A program made the translations under genes and the position numbers. From a virus, in the IMG/VR virus record IMGVR_UViG_3300042556_001828, positions 9,373 through 73,372 of that record: a DNA stretch of 64,000 nt, one strand, 5' to 3'. Position 1 is the stretch's first letter; each line of letters begins with the position of its first letter. The notes under the pieces are model-generated. The model did not search any database and was not told where the DNA came from. It saw nothing but the letters and a program-made list of their open reading frames with translations. This document shows positions 29,486 to 38,885 of this stretch, one piece after another.

Positions 29486-29941
29486 CTATCGCGCGGACGC
29501 CGCAATGGTGTCGCACGCGTCGATTAACTTGGCCTGTGTTTCCGGCGTACCGGGCACCACGTCATCCGTGCCTACCTTGGCCAGAAACACAGCCTCAATC
29601 GCCCGATCCAGTCCCGGATACTTGCCGGGCTGGTCAATCGCAAGCCGCAACGTATTAGCTTGTAGATCAGCCCACTGCTCCGTAGTTGTGACCCGCGTAC
29701 CAGCGTCGCGCTTCAAAATCACGCTCAGCGCCGAGTACACGTCGCGAATACGCAGCTTGTCGGCCGCGTCGGCTTCGGCGAGAAGCTTTACAATCTCCGA
29801 ATCAGTAGCCTGCGGAGTTACCGGCGCAGACGGCGACACAGTTGGCCGCACAACGGTCGGTCCGTTGGGGAACAGCAGCGACACCGCCAGTAAAATACCG
29901 GCCAGAACAACTAACACACCGCCAGAATTTTTTGTGGTCAT
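29486..29941 (-). CDS. Membrane-anchored hypothetical protein
   Basis: N-terminal TM helix; translationally coupled. Confidence 0.7.
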   Translation of the reverse strand: MTTKNSGGVLVVLAGILLAVSLLFPNGPTVVRPTVSPSAPVTPQATDSEIVKLLAEADAADKLRIRDVYSALSVILKRDAGTRVTTTEQWADLQANTLRLAIDQPGKYPGLDRAIEAVFLAKVGTDDVVPGTPETQAKLIDACDTIAASAR

Positions 29942-30219
29942 ACAACACCCTTTGACGGTTGCTGGTACTCGACAATCACGCGCAGCAACACAGTGCACGC
30001 GTCAACACCTTCAGTGCAGCCCTCGGCGGCCAAGCGGTCGCGCAAGTTAGTCACCGACACAATATCGTTCACCAGATTCACGGCGATCGACGGCTGCACT
30101 GCGGGCACGTCGGACTTCTTGCGAAACAAGCCACGGACAACCGCCGCAAGCTGTGCCCGATACACAACCAACACCGCCAGTACAAACAACGCAGCGCAGA
30201 GCAATTGAAAAGATGTCAT
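29938..30219 (-). CDS. Small membrane protein
   Basis: 93 aa, N-terminal TM, GGAG RBS. Confidence 0.7.
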   Translation of the reverse strand: MTSFQLLCAALFVLAVLVVYRAQLAAVVRGLFRKKSDVPAVQPSIAVNLVNDIVSVTNLRDRLAAEGCTEGVDACTVLLRVIVEYQQPSKGVV

Positions 30220-30256
30220 AAAAACTCCAGTCGTAAACAGTGGTTACTTGAGTGTA

Positions 30257-31087
30257 TCACGTCTTGGGAACTAACACGTACGGTCGGCCATTGATAACAA
30301 TAGTGCCGCCGACGCGCAATGAGGCGTCTTGGGTAATCGCGTACGGCTTGGTCCGCTTGCCGTACAGTTTTACGATCTCCTCAACGTCGCCCTTCTGCGG
30401 CGCAGTAACGTTCGGATCGTAGTACGGCGCCATCAGGTTGCCGTTGCTCAAATGCGGCAAACCCAGCGCGTGGCCCAATTCGTGGCAGATCACCGCCACG
30501 GCCATGTTGAAGCTCCATGCCTCGGCCTCGTCAAACATCTGATCCAGCTGCACGTTCTCCGCCACGCCGCACGGCAGCTCGCTCCACGCCAGTGTGCCGC
30601 CGCGGTCATCTAACCCGTTTGCTCGACCCACACCCGACTTGGCGTAAATGTTTGCTTTATTCGGCGTGTCCACGCGAGTGGGGTCGATGTCGCACACCTT
30701 GGCCCACTGCGAGAACGCAATGTCATAGGCCTCTTTCACCTGCTCGTCTGTCATGCCCGGCAGGGTAATCTCGTGGTGGTACGTGATCTTCGCCATCGGC
30801 CACTTGCACGGCGCACTGTTCGCCGCCGTGATGTTGAAGTCCGGCAGGCCGCACCGACGCTTATTGATATTATTGGCGGTCTTCGGCCCCACCACGCCCG
30901 TGGGATTCAGCCCGTGAAACGACTGAAAAGCCTTGATGGCCTTGGTCAGCTGCGTGCCCTTGAGCTTCTGCACGTCAGCCCACGACTTCGAGCCGAAATA
31001 GCCCAGATCGTAGAGTTTCTTCAGGATCTCTTGCGTGGGCAGCACATTCGCCGCCGGAATTGCGCGCTTTTTTGCTTTCTTGGCCAT
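30257..31087 (-). CDS. Matrixin (M10/MMP-like) metalloprotease with PG-binding prodomain and cysteine switch
   Basis: LYDLGY...AIKAFQSFHGLNPTGVVGPKT (PG-binding-like), RCGLPD, HELGHALGLPH, Met-turn LMAPYY. Confidence 0.9.
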   Translation of the reverse strand: MAKKAKKRAIPAANVLPTQEILKKLYDLGYFGSKSWADVQKLKGTQLTKAIKAFQSFHGLNPTGVVGPKTANNINKRRCGLPDFNITAANSAPCKWPMAKITYHHEITLPGMTDEQVKEAYDIAFSQWAKVCDIDPTRVDTPNKANIYAKSGVGRANGLDDRGGTLAWSELPCGVAENVQLDQMFDEAEAWSFNMAVAVICHELGHALGLPHLSNGNLMAPYYDPNVTAPQKGDVEEIVKLYGKRTKPYAITQDASLRVGGTIVINGRPYVLVPKT

Positions 31088-31118
31088 GCGTTGCGTCCTT
31101 GCAAGCGAAAAGAAAAGA

Positions 31119-31523
31119 TTAGTCCGGTACGTTCGCGAGGGCCAGCAGCTCATTGAGCGCCGCGTCCTCGGCAGTTTCTCCCAATTCATACATAACCGTC
31201 AGCATGGGATTCGGATCCCTTGGATTCACCGGGTAATCAGGAAATTCTTCGCGCCACAGCTTGTTCACCCGGCGCCGCAAGCGCATCAGCTTCCGCGGCG
31301 GCAAGGTCCGAATGTTCCGCATGTCCTGCAGCAGTTCAGCTTTATTTTTGTTCTTGCAGTACGTGGCGATTTGAATGGCCAAAGAGATCATGCTGAGAAT
31401 CAAAATAATGCCAAACTGCGCAGAGTTGTCCACGCGAAAAGACATCTCTGTCATGCACTTATCGCGCAGCTCGCGCAGGGCGGGCGACGCGTTCACTTTG
31501 GCTTCCAGCTCTTCCAGTTGCAT
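31119..31523 (-). CDS. Membrane protein
   Basis: 134 aa; one TM helix followed by a basic segment. Confidence 0.7.
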   Translation of the reverse strand: MQLEELEAKVNASPALRELRDKCMTEMSFRVDNSAQFGIILILSMISLAIQIATYCKNKNKAELLQDMRNIRTLPPRKLMRLRRRVNKLWREEFPDYPVNPRDPNPMLTVMYELGETAEDAALNELLALANVPD

Positions 31524-31525
31524 GC

Positions 31526-31903
31526 TTAGAAACTCCCGTCTGACCGCAGTTTTTCAACTGCAATCGCTTCCATGTATCGGAATCGGGCGTCGATCATCTT
31601 GGCCCGGATCTGCGTGCGGCCGGAGATGTACTTCCAAATCAGCGCGCTGTTGAGTACCACGACCTGTGTTGCGCCAAGGAGCGCCGTCAGGGCCTTAGTG
31701 ATTGTTTCAGCGTCAGACGTGTTGATCCAGCCGATCATCACCGCAACCATTACCAAATTCGACACGGCGCCCGCGGCCATCGTCCAGAATTCGGGGGTCA
31801 GCCAGCTGTTTGTGTCGTCTGCGGCCGGCGTGACATCATTGACGGAATCATTCAGCACACGCAGCTCTTCGCGTACCGTTGTAACACTTTTCTTTGTGGC
31901 CAT
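31526..31903 (-). CDS. Holin-like two-TM protein
   Basis: WLTPEFW followed by two hydrophobic helices; heads the membrane/protease operon. Confidence 0.5.
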   Translation of the reverse strand: MATKKSVTTVREELRVLNDSVNDVTPAADDTNSWLTPEFWTMAAGAVSNLVMVAVMIGWINTSDAETITKALTALLGATQVVVLNSALIWKYISGRTQIRAKMIDARFRYMEAIAVEKLRSDGSF

Positions 31904-31976
31904 GTGTATATCTCCTGTGAGTAGGTTTCTCTATTGTGCCAGAGAACCCCGGAGACAGCAACAGCCGTTACTGTAA

Positions 31977-33008
31977 TTAACGTGACCCAAAGAGTTGCGG
32001 CACAATGGCGTGCATCATGCCGCCCCACAAACCCATGTCCTGTAACTTATTCTGCCCTTCGGGCGTTAACCCGGCCAACGCAGACAAGGTACGGCCCGCG
32101 AGATTTGCCGTCGCCAGCCCAACGCCCGCGGACGCAATCCCGTGAATGACGTCAATCGGCCGGATAATCGGCGATCGGTTTTGCGTGCTGAGCCCGGCCA
32201 TAAGTCCTGTCGTCGCCGCGGCATACTGGGGCGGCGTGTGATTTTGATATCCGTAGGCCATGCCGCGCTGCACGTCATTCCACGCGGCGCTATTAAACTG
32301 CGGCACCGACACCGTGGGCGAATACAGCCCAGAGTCGCCGGGCACCATCGGATTCGGCCCCGGATGGAAATCAAACGCGAGCTTTTCGGCGGCGCTGTAT
32401 TTCACTGGTGTGTCATTACGCGTGAGCAAGCCCTGAAACAGATTTGTTTTCATCGCCCGCGAGTTGGCATAGGCGTTATTGAGCCCAATGCCGGCGCCAA
32501 ACAGTAGCCCCGCATTACCCAGTGTGCGCCGTAATTTGCCCCGCTGGATATACCGCTCGGGGAACAAGTGCTCGGCAAGTGCGCCAGCGCCGTACCCCAG
32601 TCCGCCGGCGACCAACCCGCTGACAATACCGTTGGACAGCGGCGTCGGTCCACCCAGTAATTTATTGGCCGTGTCCCATGCACCGGCCGTCCAGTTCGAG
32701 AGGGCGCCGCGCTTCACAATCAGCTCGTAGTCCCAGTCCGGCTGCGGGCCACTGACGATAGCCAACGGGCGGGCACTATCAACCATTTCGCGTTCGTAGA
32801 TATCGACAGCCTGCTTGGTAGCCCGTTCTGGCAAATACAGCGTCACGGCATTGGTATCAGGTGCCCATGTCGCCACGCCAACACTTAACAAACCAGCCTT
32901 GTCCGCGGCGATTTCGTGCGCGACTTTGACGGCGATAGCGCAGGGCATCAGCTCGGCGATTCGGGCCGGGACGCGCTGCCACTCAGTTGCTGTAAGCTTT
33001 TCAAACAT
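31977..33008 (-). CDS. Gly-zipper K-x-A protein
   Basis: 343 aa; VKVA, TKQA, EKLA; GxxxG helices. Confidence 0.7.
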   Translation of the reverse strand: MFEKLTATEWQRVPARIAELMPCAIAVKVAHEIAADKAGLLSVGVATWAPDTNAVTLYLPERATKQAVDIYEREMVDSARPLAIVSGPQPDWDYELIVKRGALSNWTAGAWDTANKLLGGPTPLSNGIVSGLVAGGLGYGAGALAEHLFPERYIQRGKLRRTLGNAGLLFGAGIGLNNAYANSRAMKTNLFQGLLTRNDTPVKYSAAEKLAFDFHPGPNPMVPGDSGLYSPTVSVPQFNSAAWNDVQRGMAYGYQNHTPPQYAAATTGLMAGLSTQNRSPIIRPIDVIHGIASAGVGLATANLAGRTLSALAGLTPEGQNKLQDMGLWGGMMHAIVPQLFGSR

Positions 33009-33012
33009 GATA

Positions 33013-33276
33013 TTACCGATTAAACATGAATATGATGTCGAGCATAAAGCGCAGGAGCACCGCCGCCCACGCGAGTACGCCGCTGATAGCTAAAAAAAGC
33101 ACAAACCCGCTCGACAGCACAACGGGGGCTAATTTATGCACCGGAATATTTTTGAGCACCCGCCACGCCTTGACGTAGTCCAGCGCGGAGAGCGGCTCAG
33201 GCTGCGGCACCGGGGTTGGTGTCGGCTTCGGCTTCGGCCAAATCTTGTTGCGCAACGTGTCGAACACATTCGGCAT
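33013..33276 (-). CDS. Small membrane protein
   Basis: 87 aa; Pro-rich segment then TM; contains a copy of the terminator-tail motif (see findings). Confidence 0.6.
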   Translation of the reverse strand: MPNVFDTLRNKIWPKPKPTPTPVPQPEPLSALDYVKAWRVLKNIPVHKLAPVVLSSGFVLFLAISGVLAWAAVLLRFMLDIIFMFNR

Positions 33277-33277
33277 G

Positions 33278-34444
33278 TTATTTCGGCCCTCCGGCCCAGC
33301 TGGAAATCTGGTTCAGCGCGCCAGAACCATACTGCGAGATCAACTGGTCCTGCCACGATGGTCCGGGCATGTTGCCGCGAAACGCCTGCAGGGCCAATTG
33401 ATATCTATATTTGGGGTCCAGCGCCGCCCGGTAGCGCTGCTGATTTTGCTGGGCCTGCAGGATGAAGTCCCCGCGCTGCTTGACTGTCTGCAAGTGATTC
33501 TGGACGTTCTCAAACACAGGCTTGTTGTAGTCGTACTTCAGCGGCCGCTGCAGCAACGACTGCGCGAGCTGCTGGGCGTACACGCTTTCGCTCATCTTCT
33601 CTACGAGCGTTTCTTTTTCGTAGTAGCGCGGGTCTTGGGACAGGTGATCCTTGGCAATTTCTTTGGCGACTTGATCATTGTCTGTGTGTTCGCGCTCATC
33701 TGCTTGTCCTTCTTGAAGGGCTTTGGTGGCAAATTCCCGGTCGGGCATATTATCGGCTTTTCCGCCATGTAACAGGTCTTTTTGTCCCGAGCGGGAAAGT
33801 TGGCTAGCCGCCTTCAACTCGCCGCGGCTCGATGCTTGAACAGGCATGGTGTTCTCGTCCGCGTTGCCCTTGCTCACGCTGTTGTGGCGCAGCACGTTCT
33901 TGCGGCGCACAGCCACGGTAATGTGAAACGGCTCGTCGTCCTTGGGCATCGGAGATAAGCCGTAGCTCTTGCGCAGCGCAGACAGCGCGGGGCTTGTGAC
34001 TTGCAGCGCCCAGACTTTGCTCACGCCGTCGACGTTGCGCACGTCGATTTCTTTCAGGGCGCCCAGCGCGTAGCCGAACATGTGGCCGCGCTCATTGATT
34101 TTGTTCGCGCCGATGGATGCGACCTCATCGCCTGTCATGACCGATATATGCGCGTTTAACAGCTCGTTCGCCACGTTGGGCACGTTCATAACGCCCGCGG
34201 TGGGAAGTTCAGCGCCCGGGGCGGTCAAGGCGTCGAAGACACCCCGTACAAGGGCGTTGGGCACCGAGAGTAAAAGCCAGCCGGACTTAGAGACATACAG
34301 CCGGCCCGAAAGCGGCTGATTGGTGCTGGCCTGCTTGTCGCCCCGATAGAGCCAGCCCAGCGCATTGCCGGCAGCATACGCCGGATGTTCTTGCAGAAAC
34401 TCAGGATCCCATGCCAGCGGATCAAGCGCTGATAAGCTGTCCAT
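33278..34444 (-). CDS. Multidomain protein: 2H-phosphoesterase-like domain + EHT...AKEIAKDHL...YY domain
   Basis: Two HxS/T motifs (HISV, HITV); EREHTDNDQVAKEIAKDHLSQDPRYY (DUF5661-like from memory); domains bounded by DKQA, LKAA, EKMS. Confidence 0.65.
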   Translation of the reverse strand: MDSLSALDPLAWDPEFLQEHPAYAAGNALGWLYRGDKQASTNQPLSGRLYVSKSGWLLLSVPNALVRGVFDALTAPGAELPTAGVMNVPNVANELLNAHISVMTGDEVASIGANKINERGHMFGYALGALKEIDVRNVDGVSKVWALQVTSPALSALRKSYGLSPMPKDDEPFHITVAVRRKNVLRHNSVSKGNADENTMPVQASSRGELKAASQLSRSGQKDLLHGGKADNMPDREFATKALQEGQADEREHTDNDQVAKEIAKDHLSQDPRYYEKETLVEKMSESVYAQQLAQSLLQRPLKYDYNKPVFENVQNHLQTVKQRGDFILQAQQNQQRYRAALDPKYRYQLALQAFRGNMPGPSWQDQLISQYGSGALNQISSWAGGPK

Positions 34445-34463
34445 AGCTGGCCTTCAGGATGTC

Positions 34464-34673
34464 TTACGAAATAATGCCGCGTTCGATTAATGTCGAGAAA
34501 ATATCCCACACCTTCTGGCAGCGCAGTTCGTGAAGCTCTTGGATTCCAATCAGCGTGTTGGCCAGCATGTCCGGTGTGGTCTCGCCGTCTAACACACGGC
34601 CCGTGATTAACTTCAGGTCTTCTGTTGTATTAAAACAAGCCGTGATCGCTTCTTCCAACTCGAACCGGTCCAT
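34464..34673 (-). CDS. Small hypothetical protein
   Basis: 69 aa, GGAG RBS. Confidence 0.7.
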   Translation of the reverse strand: MDRFELEEAITACFNTTEDLKLITGRVLDGETTPDMLANTLIGIQELHELRCQKVWDIFSTLIERGIIS

Positions 34674-34690
34674 GGTTTTCTCCGTGTGTG

Positions 34691-34762
34691 CTGCCTGACT
34701 AGGATTTGAACCTAGAACCTAGCGGTTAACAGCCGCGCGCTCTACCGTTGAGCTATCAGGCA
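34691..34762 (-). tRNA. trnN: tRNA-Asn(GTT)
   Basis: Cloverleaf TGCCTGA...GCGGC-TGTTAA-CCGC...GGTTCAAATCC...TCAGGCA-G; U1:A72 and G73. Confidence 0.95.
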
Positions 34763-34768
34763 CTAGTG

Positions 34769-34930
34769 TCAGGGTTGAGCTTGAATCGTCGTCGTCGCCT
34801 CGATCGGTGGGCTGGCGTCAGCGGTTTTATGCGCCGCGGCAGCGTAGGCTGAAAAGAGCAACAGGCCGCAGAACAAGAGCGACGCGCCCCACGACACAAC
34901 GCTCAGACATTTACGGGTGGTCATGCTCAT
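34769..34930 (-). CDS. Small secreted/membrane peptide
   Basis: Hydrophobic helix; overlaps the holin-like gene end. Confidence 0.45.
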   Translation of the reverse strand: MSMTTRKCLSVVSWGASLLFCGLLLFSAYAAAAHKTADASPPIEATTTIQAQP

Positions 34931-35267
34931 CGGCGGGATCTCCTGCGTGATCGCGTTCATGGACGATGGTGACTTTAATACCAGCCCCGGACAACAGCGA
35001 AATAGCCAAATCGGTCAACGTGGAGCCGCCCATGCCGGCCAGCACGCAAATTCCGATCAAGCCGTATACATTCTCAGCTTTGCGGTAGTTTTGATACCAG
35101 ATCAGCGCAATCGCTAACCCCAGAAACCCGGCGTTAAGCATCGCGCTGACCACTGCTAGTTTAGACAGTTTCCGCGCAAACCGCAAAAGGGTTGCCAGCC
35201 CAGCAAAAGCCGCCGCCCCAAAGGCGCTGCTAAACACTGATAACGCGTGTAAGTAATCATGGTCCAT
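34911..35267 (-). CDS. Holin-like protein (LydA-like, three TM)
   Basis: Three hydrophobic helices ending LAGMGG; charged C-tail. Confidence 0.55.
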   Translation of the reverse strand: MDHDYLHALSVFSSAFGAAAFAGLATLLRFARKLSKLAVVSAMLNAGFLGLAIALIWYQNYRKAENVYGLIGICVLAGMGGSTLTDLAISLLSGAGIKVTIVHERDHAGDPADEHDHP

Positions 35268-35319
35268 AGCGCGTAACTGCTTTGTTGCCAACGACTTTCG
35301 CGTTTCGCGAATCCCGGAA

Positions 35320-35625
35320 TAACTAATGTGTCAAAAGCCCTCGCGATCCCCTTCCGCGAGTCCGGTTCCAGCCGAAGCCGGAATTCTGTAGCGACTTACA
35401 AGGTTAATAAATTAACCAGTGTGGCATTCGCTACTCCTCCACCCGTGAGCCCGACAAAATCTGACCACGGAACCTGTAACCCCCTTCGCATCCCTGCTCC
35501 AGAAGAAACGCCTAACCAGCCGGCCACCACGACTAACTTTTGACACACCTTCAGTTTAACAGCTCGTATTACCCTCAGCATAAGGGATACGCAGCTCAAC
35601 CCTGAGTTGTCAAAGAACAGAGAGA
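35320..35625 (-). ncRNA. Candidate structured ncRNA / antitermination element
   Basis: About 340 nt without a credible ORF; 11-bp inverted repeat 35327-35337/35537-35547; internal hairpins including a cUUCGg loop; boxA-like TGTTCTTTGACAACT at 35605-35619. Confidence 0.5.
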
Positions 35626-35634
35626 AACAAACGG

Positions 35635-36093
35635 TCAAATGTAGCTTGACGGTTCGTTGCTGCAGATCCCGGCCGGCTCATAGTTGTCCAGCCAGTCTGC
35701 GGCGGCCAGTTCGGGGTACACGGCAATCGAACGCGGCGCCAGCTCTCGCGGCGGTAATGTCCAGATGAATTGGTGGCTGGTCATCGTTAAATCCGCCGCC
35801 GTGGCAATAAACGCGTGGGCGCCGATGTTGCACAGCGCGTCGAGCGTGTCGGCGTCGTGGCAGCGGGCCCACACGCGCTGTTTTGAGAAAAATGCCGGCG
35901 GCGCGTACTGCATGCCCTTGGCCGTCGGCAACAGAAACGCCCCGTTGCTGAAAACAACCTCGGCGCAGATGTGATACCCAGCATCCAGAGCCGCCTGTAA
36001 GTATTTCAGCTGATTTTCTTTGTCTGGTTGCCGGCCGGAGATGTTGCCAAGATGCGCAATAATAATTCCGTCAAATCCTCGCCGGCCGCCCAT
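35635..36093 (-). CDS. GDPD-like (phosphodiesterase TIM-barrel) protein, degenerate
   Basis: IIAHLGN...KEN...ALDAGY pattern (canonical IAHRG); GICS near the C-terminus. Confidence 0.55.
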   Translation of the reverse strand: MGGRRGFDGIIIAHLGNISGRQPDKENQLKYLQAALDAGYHICAEVVFSNGAFLLPTAKGMQYAPPAFFSKQRVWARCHDADTLDALCNIGAHAFIATAADLTMTSHQFIWTLPPRELAPRSIAVYPELAAADWLDNYEPAGICSNEPSSYI

Positions 36094-36181
36094 ATTAACA
36101 TCCTTGTTAACGACTCTACATCCGCCACGCTCGGGCGAGCTGCCTATCGTACTGGGCGACCGGAAAGCTGTCCAGAAAGAC

Positions 36182-37216
36182 TCAAAGAATCTTGGCGGCG
36201 ATCAAGCAGCCACGCGCCACAGCATGCAACGGATCATTGGCGTGGCGCACTTCTTTGATAGGCAGCGGAAAATTATTCTCGGCGAGTTTCTTTTCAAACG
36301 TCTCCAGAAAGCCCTTGGCCCGCGTTGTCCCGCCTGCAAATGCTATCAATAACGGCTCTTTGAACTTGGGCAGCGCTTTGTGGCCCAGTAATGCCGCCGC
36401 CAGCTGCTTCGTGGTGTAGTCGATCAGGCGCTCGTAGTAGGCGCCCACCGCGGCTAATACGGGGTTCTCGTTCGCCTCGCCAATAGTGAAGTCCCCCTGC
36501 TCTTTCTCAGCCTGCACGACAGAGTCTTCTTCGCCAGTTGCCACAGCGGCCATTCTGTCGATCCAGTCGCCAGACTTGGTGGTCGAGAACAGCACCGTGG
36601 GCTCGCCGTTGAGCATGACACAGACGTTCACCATGCCAGCGCCCCACGAAAGCCCAATCCCCGTATAGTCGTCGTTGGCCAGCTCAGAGTAGCACAGCGC
36701 CTCGGCTTCGTTGATGGCCCGCGCAGCGTAGCCCTGCTCGGCGAGTACAGCTTTGACGACGTCTTCGTGATAGCCGACGTCAAAGTCTTCGTCGTCTTGG
36801 TCCACGGGCTGCGCTGGGACGCAGAACACCAGCTTTTCGCCCTCTTCGGTGGCTTTGCCAGCCACTTCCTTGAGAATGAACGCCAGTACGCGCTTGGCTT
36901 CTTTCTCTTTCGGGGAGACAACGCCGCGGTACATGGGGCGCTTGGCAGATTCGTTGCGCTCGATGGCTTTATCAATGGCGTCTTGGCCGATGAGAATGAA
37001 ACTCCCGTCAGTGTCTTTGACAAACACCTTGCCCTGCAGGCCCTTCTCAATCATCTTCGTGGCCACAGGCGTCGTGGGCTTGATGACGTAGAACGCGTCC
37101 CGGAAATCTTTGTAGCTGATAAATTCAGCCTTATCGTCGCTGGTGTAGCTGATCGGCTCCAAGCTGTCAGAGGCGAGGACGATAAAAGAAGTTCCGACGT
37201 CTAAACCCTTGGCCAT
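36182..37216 (-). CDS. Actin-like ATPase (MreB/MamK/ParM superfamily)
   Basis: Phosphate-1 GLDVGTS; connect-1 INEAEAL; phosphate-2 LSWGAGMVN; adenosine FAGGT; connect-2 DPLHAVARG. Confidence 0.85.
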   Translation of the reverse strand: MAKGLDVGTSFIVLASDSLEPISYTSDDKAEFISYKDFRDAFYVIKPTTPVATKMIEKGLQGKVFVKDTDGSFILIGQDAIDKAIERNESAKRPMYRGVVSPKEKEAKRVLAFILKEVAGKATEEGEKLVFCVPAQPVDQDDEDFDVGYHEDVVKAVLAEQGYAARAINEAEALCYSELANDDYTGIGLSWGAGMVNVCVMLNGEPTVLFSTTKSGDWIDRMAAVATGEEDSVVQAEKEQGDFTIGEANENPVLAAVGAYYERLIDYTTKQLAAALLGHKALPKFKEPLLIAFAGGTTRAKGFLETFEKKLAENNFPLPIKEVRHANDPLHAVARGCLIAAKIL

Positions 37217-37218
37217 GA

Positions 37219-37599
37219 TTATTTCCCTTTAAGCTGCGCTAACTTGGACACAGACGAGCCAATATCATCCTGTACCGCCGTGGTTTTGCCAAGCTCGCCT
37301 GACCCGGCGCGTTCCATGCCGGCAGTGTTCACAGCGGTCACAAACGTGCTGGTATTGATATCTATGGGCGCCAGCGTGGACTTTGGCGCAGGCTCGGTGG
37401 CGCTGAACGTACGGGATTTCTGCGTGGTGCGCTCGACCGGGCTCGGAGCGCCTGCTGGTTCGGCGCCAAACGCCACCCGTTTCAGGGCGCGCAGCGTGTT
37501 GTAAATAATGTCCAGCCGCCCCACGACGTACCCAGCGACATAGCCGGCAAATATGAGGAACAGGGCTGTAATATACGCCGTCGTGATCTGGTCTAGCAT
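37219..37599 (-). CDS. Membrane-anchored protein upstream of the actin-like gene
   Basis: N-terminal TM; C-terminal VSKLAQLKGK amphipathic helix. Confidence 0.7.
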   Translation of the reverse strand: MLDQITTAYITALFLIFAGYVAGYVVGRLDIIYNTLRALKRVAFGAEPAGAPSPVERTTQKSRTFSATEPAPKSTLAPIDINTSTFVTAVNTAGMERAGSGELGKTTAVQDDIGSSVSKLAQLKGK

Positions 37600-37600
37600 G

Positions 37601-38035
37601 TTACAACTCGGCGGGCGGGAAAGCGGGCGGAAACCATATAGTATCGGGGTTGACGCCCCTGTTTACAAATATGGGCAGGCTTTCACACACGTCGAACTGG
37701 TCTTCTAGCTTTTTAAACTCTTTCGGGTCCGTGGCGCCAATTCCCTCGGGCATGTCGTCGATCCAGATATCGATTTTATAGCCCAGCTGCTGCGTCATCG
37801 CGCGCTTGGGCGAATGGTTGCAGAATATGCAGCGCGTGAGGCGTTTAAATATCTCTTCGCCAAACACCTGCGCCAGCTGCAGCCTGTTCTGGGGCGTGTC
37901 GTACCGGCCCGTGACGCACAGCACTCGGTGCCCACGCTGCACAGCCTGCCGAATAAACAGGCGCCAAAATTCCACGTCGCTCGTGAACGTCCGGTCGAAA
38001 TCAATGGCGATGACCGTCGGCCGATACGGCGTCAT
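37601..38035 (-). CDS. HAD-superfamily hydrolase
   Basis: [17 protein letters not shown] motifs. Confidence 0.8.
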   Translation of the reverse strand: MTPYRPTVIAIDFDRTFTSDVEFWRLFIRQAVQRGHRVLCVTGRYDTPQNRLQLAQVFGEEIFKRLTRCIFCNHSPKRAMTQQLGYKIDIWIDDMPEGIGATDPKEFKKLEDQFDVCESLPIFVNRGVNPDTIWFPPAFPPAEL

Positions 38036-38292
38036 CCGTGCCCGCCCCCCATGTATTTCACGGCTACATAGGTGCCAACGAACGCGCCGCAGGCCAACGG
38101 CAGCAGATACCACATGTTGTGCGTGTAGCTCATGACACCGTACGCGCCAAGACTGTAAAGCACTGCGCTCACTCCCGCCGCGGCCAACGCTTGCTTACGG
38201 CTCACGCACAGCACGTAGAGCGTGTACAAAATATCAAAAACAACGTAGACACAGAATACCAGCGCCGCCGTGAACCAGCTGAAGTCTTCCAT
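38032..38292 (-). CDS. Small three-TM membrane protein
   Basis: Hydrophobic; ends [11 protein letters not shown]. Confidence 0.7.
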   Translation of the reverse strand: MEDFSWFTAALVFCVYVVFDILYTLYVLCVSRKQALAAAGVSAVLYSLGAYGVMSYTHNMWYLLPLACGAFVGTYVAVKYMGGGHG

Positions 38293-38312
38293 ACACCCGT
38301 GCGGCCTCTTTC

Positions 38313-38813
38313 TTACGGTTGCTTTAACACATCCCACGCGGACGCCCACCGGCTGTCGGGCCGAAAGGTGATCTTGTGGCGGGCCAAGTTAATCTCCCGC
38401 GCCGGCACCACGTAAAACAACTGCAGAATGTTGTGCACAAACACAAAGACATCGACGTCGTCATGCGTGTACGCGCGGTGCGGGGTTTTCGTGTACACGC
38501 CGTTACGCTGATGGCCGGTTTTATGGCGCGCCAGACAAAACGAGGCGGCGCTGCGCGTCTGGCGCGTCGATTCAGTGGCTTTGACCTGAATGCGCTTGAG
38601 CGTGTTGCCGTACACCGACACCAGATCAAAGCCGATGTCGATGTTGGGAAAACACGGCACGATTTCCTGCCCGAGTAATTCCGCGCACGTGAGCGCGACC
38701 CCGCGCGCCCCGATAGCCACAGCCCGCGGCCAGCTTTTACACAGCACACAGTCCGGGTGCCGCGCCGTGGCGTTTGTAATAATCGGGCTGCCGGCACTTT
38801 TTTTAACAGGCAT
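38313..38813 (-). CDS. PD-(D/E)XK endonuclease (homing-endonuclease-like)
   Basis: IGARG, FDLV, RIQVKA, YTHDDVDVF...FYVVP. Confidence 0.7.
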   Translation of the reverse strand: MPVKKSAGSPIITNATARHPDCVLCKSWPRAVAIGARGVALTCAELLGQEIVPCFPNIDIGFDLVSVYGNTLKRIQVKATESTRQTRSAASFCLARHKTGHQRNGVYTKTPHRAYTHDDVDVFVFVHNILQLFYVVPAREINLARHKITFRPDSRWASAWDVLKQP

Positions 38814-38885
38814 CGCCCGTCGCGCTTCCATGCGCTGCAAGCTCCGTGGAGAAAAGGACCCTGCGCTATCCGTAGCGCAAGCGCT

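Noticed and set aside
38313-38813. Group I intron around the PD-(D/E)XK endonuclease
   Set aside because: The flanking genes are intact and unrelated, with no room or motifs for an intron core.
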